Shown: piece by piece, positions 61,101 to 64,000 of the stretch | Position numbering within the stretch: the first letter of the stretch is position 1 | How the letters are laid out: every line of letters begins with the position of its first letter | NCBI GenBank assembly: GCA_010909165.1 | Contig: MU008188.1 | Location: 496,001-560,000 of the forward strand | Length of the DNA: 64,000 nucleotides | Origin: Anthoceros angustus | Taxonomy: Eukaryota > Plantae > Anthocerotophyta | Direction of reading: 5' to 3' | Notes under the pieces: generated by a model | Databases searched by the model: none | Told to the model about the DNA's origin: nothing | What the model saw: the letters and a program-made list of their open reading frames with translations, nothing else | Made by a program: the position numbers and the translations under genes

Positions 61101-64000
61101 CATGCCACGATGATCGGTCACATGCTTCGGTTTGGAATACTCCCTCTTCGTTCGTTTGAAGTCCAAACATATGAAATGCTCCGTCTGTTGTACACGAACG
61201 GCAATGAGCGCCCACAAAAAATTGTGTTGATCCAACTCCACAGGAGGATGCTCAATGTCCCCACGCAAAGCGAGCCTCACTTGCATGTTCCATGCCGCGT
61301 GGCCCGGTCCACGAGCACATGTAACGCCGGTCCCATTCCGCCCAACCGCCTCACCACTAGCTTCCAACTCCACTTCTCCGATTGCGAACATCCATCGCTA
61401 TCATTCCCTCCACTGCGACCATAGGGTGCCATCCAACTGCTTTCCTCCACTTTCGAGCAGCGGTGATTGCGAAAAGGCGTCCTTCTCTGTGACTAAAACT
61501 CCACGAAGCCTCCATTGACTTCTCACGAGCATGGTCACGGTGGCGTTCCTATCTCGATGGTCGCACGCGATTGCAATCCGTCTTGATTGCATCCTGGCAC
61601 CAACGTGCCATGCCGATTCTTTGGCGCGTTCCGTGCCATGCGTGCATGACGGCACGCCCGGCACCTTGACTCCACCTCCAACCCGGACCTCGGTGGCATG
61701 GGCCTGTCATCCTCTCCACGGCGAAATGAAATCTTTGTGCATTGCGGACAATCTGGAACCTCAATACCATGAGTACCCATTTCCCGGACCGCATCGTGCC
61801 ACATTTCGCCTCCCGGTGCATGCCGTACGCTCCTGGAGTCGTGGAGTGGATTCTGGGGCTCTCCCACTCCCACACCGGCTCCACGTCGCCCGGCTTCAGC
61901 CTCGCTTCCACGGCCTCCTCCGCCCGCCGCCCGCCGTCGCGCATGTGCGTGATCCGCGTGGGCGCCTTCCGGCGAGGCGGCGTTCCGCCTCCCGGGGGCA
62001 GTCACGGTAGCCGCCGCCCGATGACCAAATCGCGGTGCAACCTCTCGCCTCGCGAACATGCTGCCGTCGCCGGCGGCGCATCGTGCGCCGGCCGCCCTTC
62101 CTCCACTTGTGCGCCGTGCGGCCGGGCGACCATCCACCTCGCCGCCTCACCGATCGTGCCGATGGCCCGCGTCCACGCTCTCACGTCGGTAGCGCAAACT
62201 CGAATGGATCATACTCACGCACACACAAGACTTGTGAGGCTCACCACAGGGCGCCGGCCGCAGCTTACATTTCCACCTGGATGCCCCATTGCATTTTCAC
62301 CATGCCACATTGCTTACATTTCCGTGAGGCCACATAGCCCGCTCGTGCACCGTCGTTGTGGGCGGCGTATGCCTCCTTGAGCCGTACCCAAGCATGGCGT
62401 GGGCAATGGAGACCGCCACTGTGCAATCCACCACGCAATCAGCGAGGTTTGAGAATTCATGGTGACCCGCGGATCGACGCCGCGCTGCGGTGACCACCTC
62501 TCCCACTTGGTGCACCTCCACGGATATCGGCGTCAGCGCCTCCCAAGGTGGGTGCGCCAATCGGTTGATCACCGCCGCGGCAGCTTCCACCACCTTCCGT
62601 TCGGACGGCTCGGTTGTCCATGGCGTCCCCACTCCTCCCCTCCCGCCCTCCTCGCGCCCCGCCGTCCGCGCATGTGCGGCGATCCTTCGCGTGGGCGCCT
62701 TCCGGCGGCGTTTCGCCGGGGCAGTCACGGTAGCCGCGCTTGACCAATCGCCGGTGCAACCTCTCGCCTCGCGAACATCGTCGCGGCGGCGCATCGTCTT
62801 TGCCCGGCCGCCCTTCCTCCATTCGTGCGGCTGCGGCCGGGCGACCCTCCACCTCGCCGCCTCGATCGTCGTGCGCGGTGGCGCGTCCGCCGCTCTCACA
62901 GGTCGGCGCAAACTCGAATGGATCATACTGCACACACACAAGACTTGTGAGGCTCACCGAGCCGTGACATTTCAATGCCCCATTTACATTTCACCGGATG
63001 CCACATTGCTTGTTTCACCTTTGCCACATAGCCCGCTCGTACATCGTCGTTGTGGGCGGCGTCACGCCTCCTTGAGCCGTACCCAAGCATGGCGTGGGCA
63101 ATGGAGACCGCCACTGTGCAATCCACCACGCAATCAGCGAGGTTTGAGAATTCATGGTGACCCGCGGATCGACGCCGCGCTGCGGTGACCACCTCTCCCA
63201 CTTGGTGCACCTCCACGGATATCGGCGTCAGCGCCTCCCAAGGTGGGTGCGCCAATCGGTTGATCACCGCCGCGGCAGCTTCCCACCACCTTCCGTTCGG
63301 ACGGCTCGGTTGTCCATGGCGTCCCCACTCCTCCCCTCCCGCCCTCCTCGCGCCCCGCCGTCCGCGCATGTGGGCGATCACTCGTGGGCGCCGGCAGCGT
63401 TCCGCCTCCCGGGGGCAGTCACGGTAGCCGCCGCCCGATGACCAAATCGCGGTGCAACCTCCGGTCGCCTCGAACATGCTGCGTCGCCCGGGCATCGTCT
63501 TTGCCCGGCCGCCTTCCTCCCGCCCGGCTGCCTCGGCCGGGCGCCGCGACCCTCCACCTCGCCGCCTCCACGATCGTCGTGCGGTGGCAGCGTCCCGCCA
63601 CGCTCTCACAGGTAGCGCAAACTCGAATGGATCATACTCCACAAGACTTGTGAGGCTCACCACAGGCGCCGGCCGCAGCTTACATTTCCACCTGGATGCC
63701 CCATTGCTTACATTTCCACCTTTGGATGCCACATGCTTTCACCTTGTGTAGTCGCGGTCGTTGTGGGCGGCTGCCTCCCGAGCCGTGCCCAAGCATGGCC
63801 GTGGGCAATGGAACGCCGCTGTGCAATCCACCGCAATCAGCGAGGTTTGAGAATTCATGGCCTGCGGATGCGGCATCGCGCTGCAGGCGACCACCTGTCT
63901 CCACTTCGGTGCACCTCCACGAGATATCGGCGTCTGCGCCCCTCCCAAGGTGGGTGCGCCAATCGGTTGATCCGCCACCGCCGCGGCGACTTCCACACCA
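58140..64000 (-). mobile_element. GC-rich degenerate repetitive region, probably transposon-derived; class not established
   Basis: Short repeated motifs at 58150-58440 (ccgatctcgtca twice, ccgtcggttg twice), many broken ORFs, a weak Ulp1-like stretch near 61150-61260 and tandem ~700-bp units. No terminus or TSD seen. Confidence 0.45.
61880..64000. repeat. ~700-bp tandem repeat, about 3 copies, continuing beyond the window
   Basis: aactcgaatggatcatact at ~62198, ~62911 and ~63620; gaggtttgagaattcatgg at ~62444, ~63139 and ~63842. Confidence 0.92.

Noticed and set aside
58117-64000. Many long overlapping ORFs in all six frames
   Set aside because: Expected from high GC and tandem repetition; the translations are low-complexity R/A/G/P-rich with no recognisable domain.

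Overview
Nuclear DNA of a compact, intron-containing land-plant genome. A non-seed plant (hornwort, liverwort or lycophyte) is my inference from the short introns, gene density and transposon families; I cannot prove it here. Host genes: chloroplast P1B-4 ATPase HMA1 (11232-16281, +), pectin methylesterase (30582-32379, +), an intronless TEY-type MAP kinase (38810-39883, +), urogen-III methyltransferase UPM1 (-) head-to-head with 3-hydroxyisobutyrate dehydrogenase (+), a TPD1-like peptide gene (-) and the RING-H2 ligase SDIR1 (-). A truncated, intron-retaining second HMA1 copy lies at about 40760-43170. The best-resolved hidden structure is a 13,463-bp Mutator-like element (16777-30239) with ~85-bp TIRs and a perfect 9-bp TSD (GAAATGGGA). 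It carries two diverged SWIM/MULE DDE transposase genes resembling the Arabidopsis At4g13970/At1g60560 family. Nested in it is a 3,466-bp element (26219-29684; 23-bp TIRs, 4-bp TSD CCTT) whose in-silico removal rejoins the N-terminal frame of the host transposase. That element is related to a frameshifted Sola-like DDD transposase locus at about 3.4-6.9 kb. Gypsy, CRE/REL-type non-LTR and haspin-like remnants and many tandem duplications are also present. Many repeat copies differ by 1-3 bp indels, so some frameshifts may be assembly errors. No rRNA, tRNA or CRISPR array was recognised.
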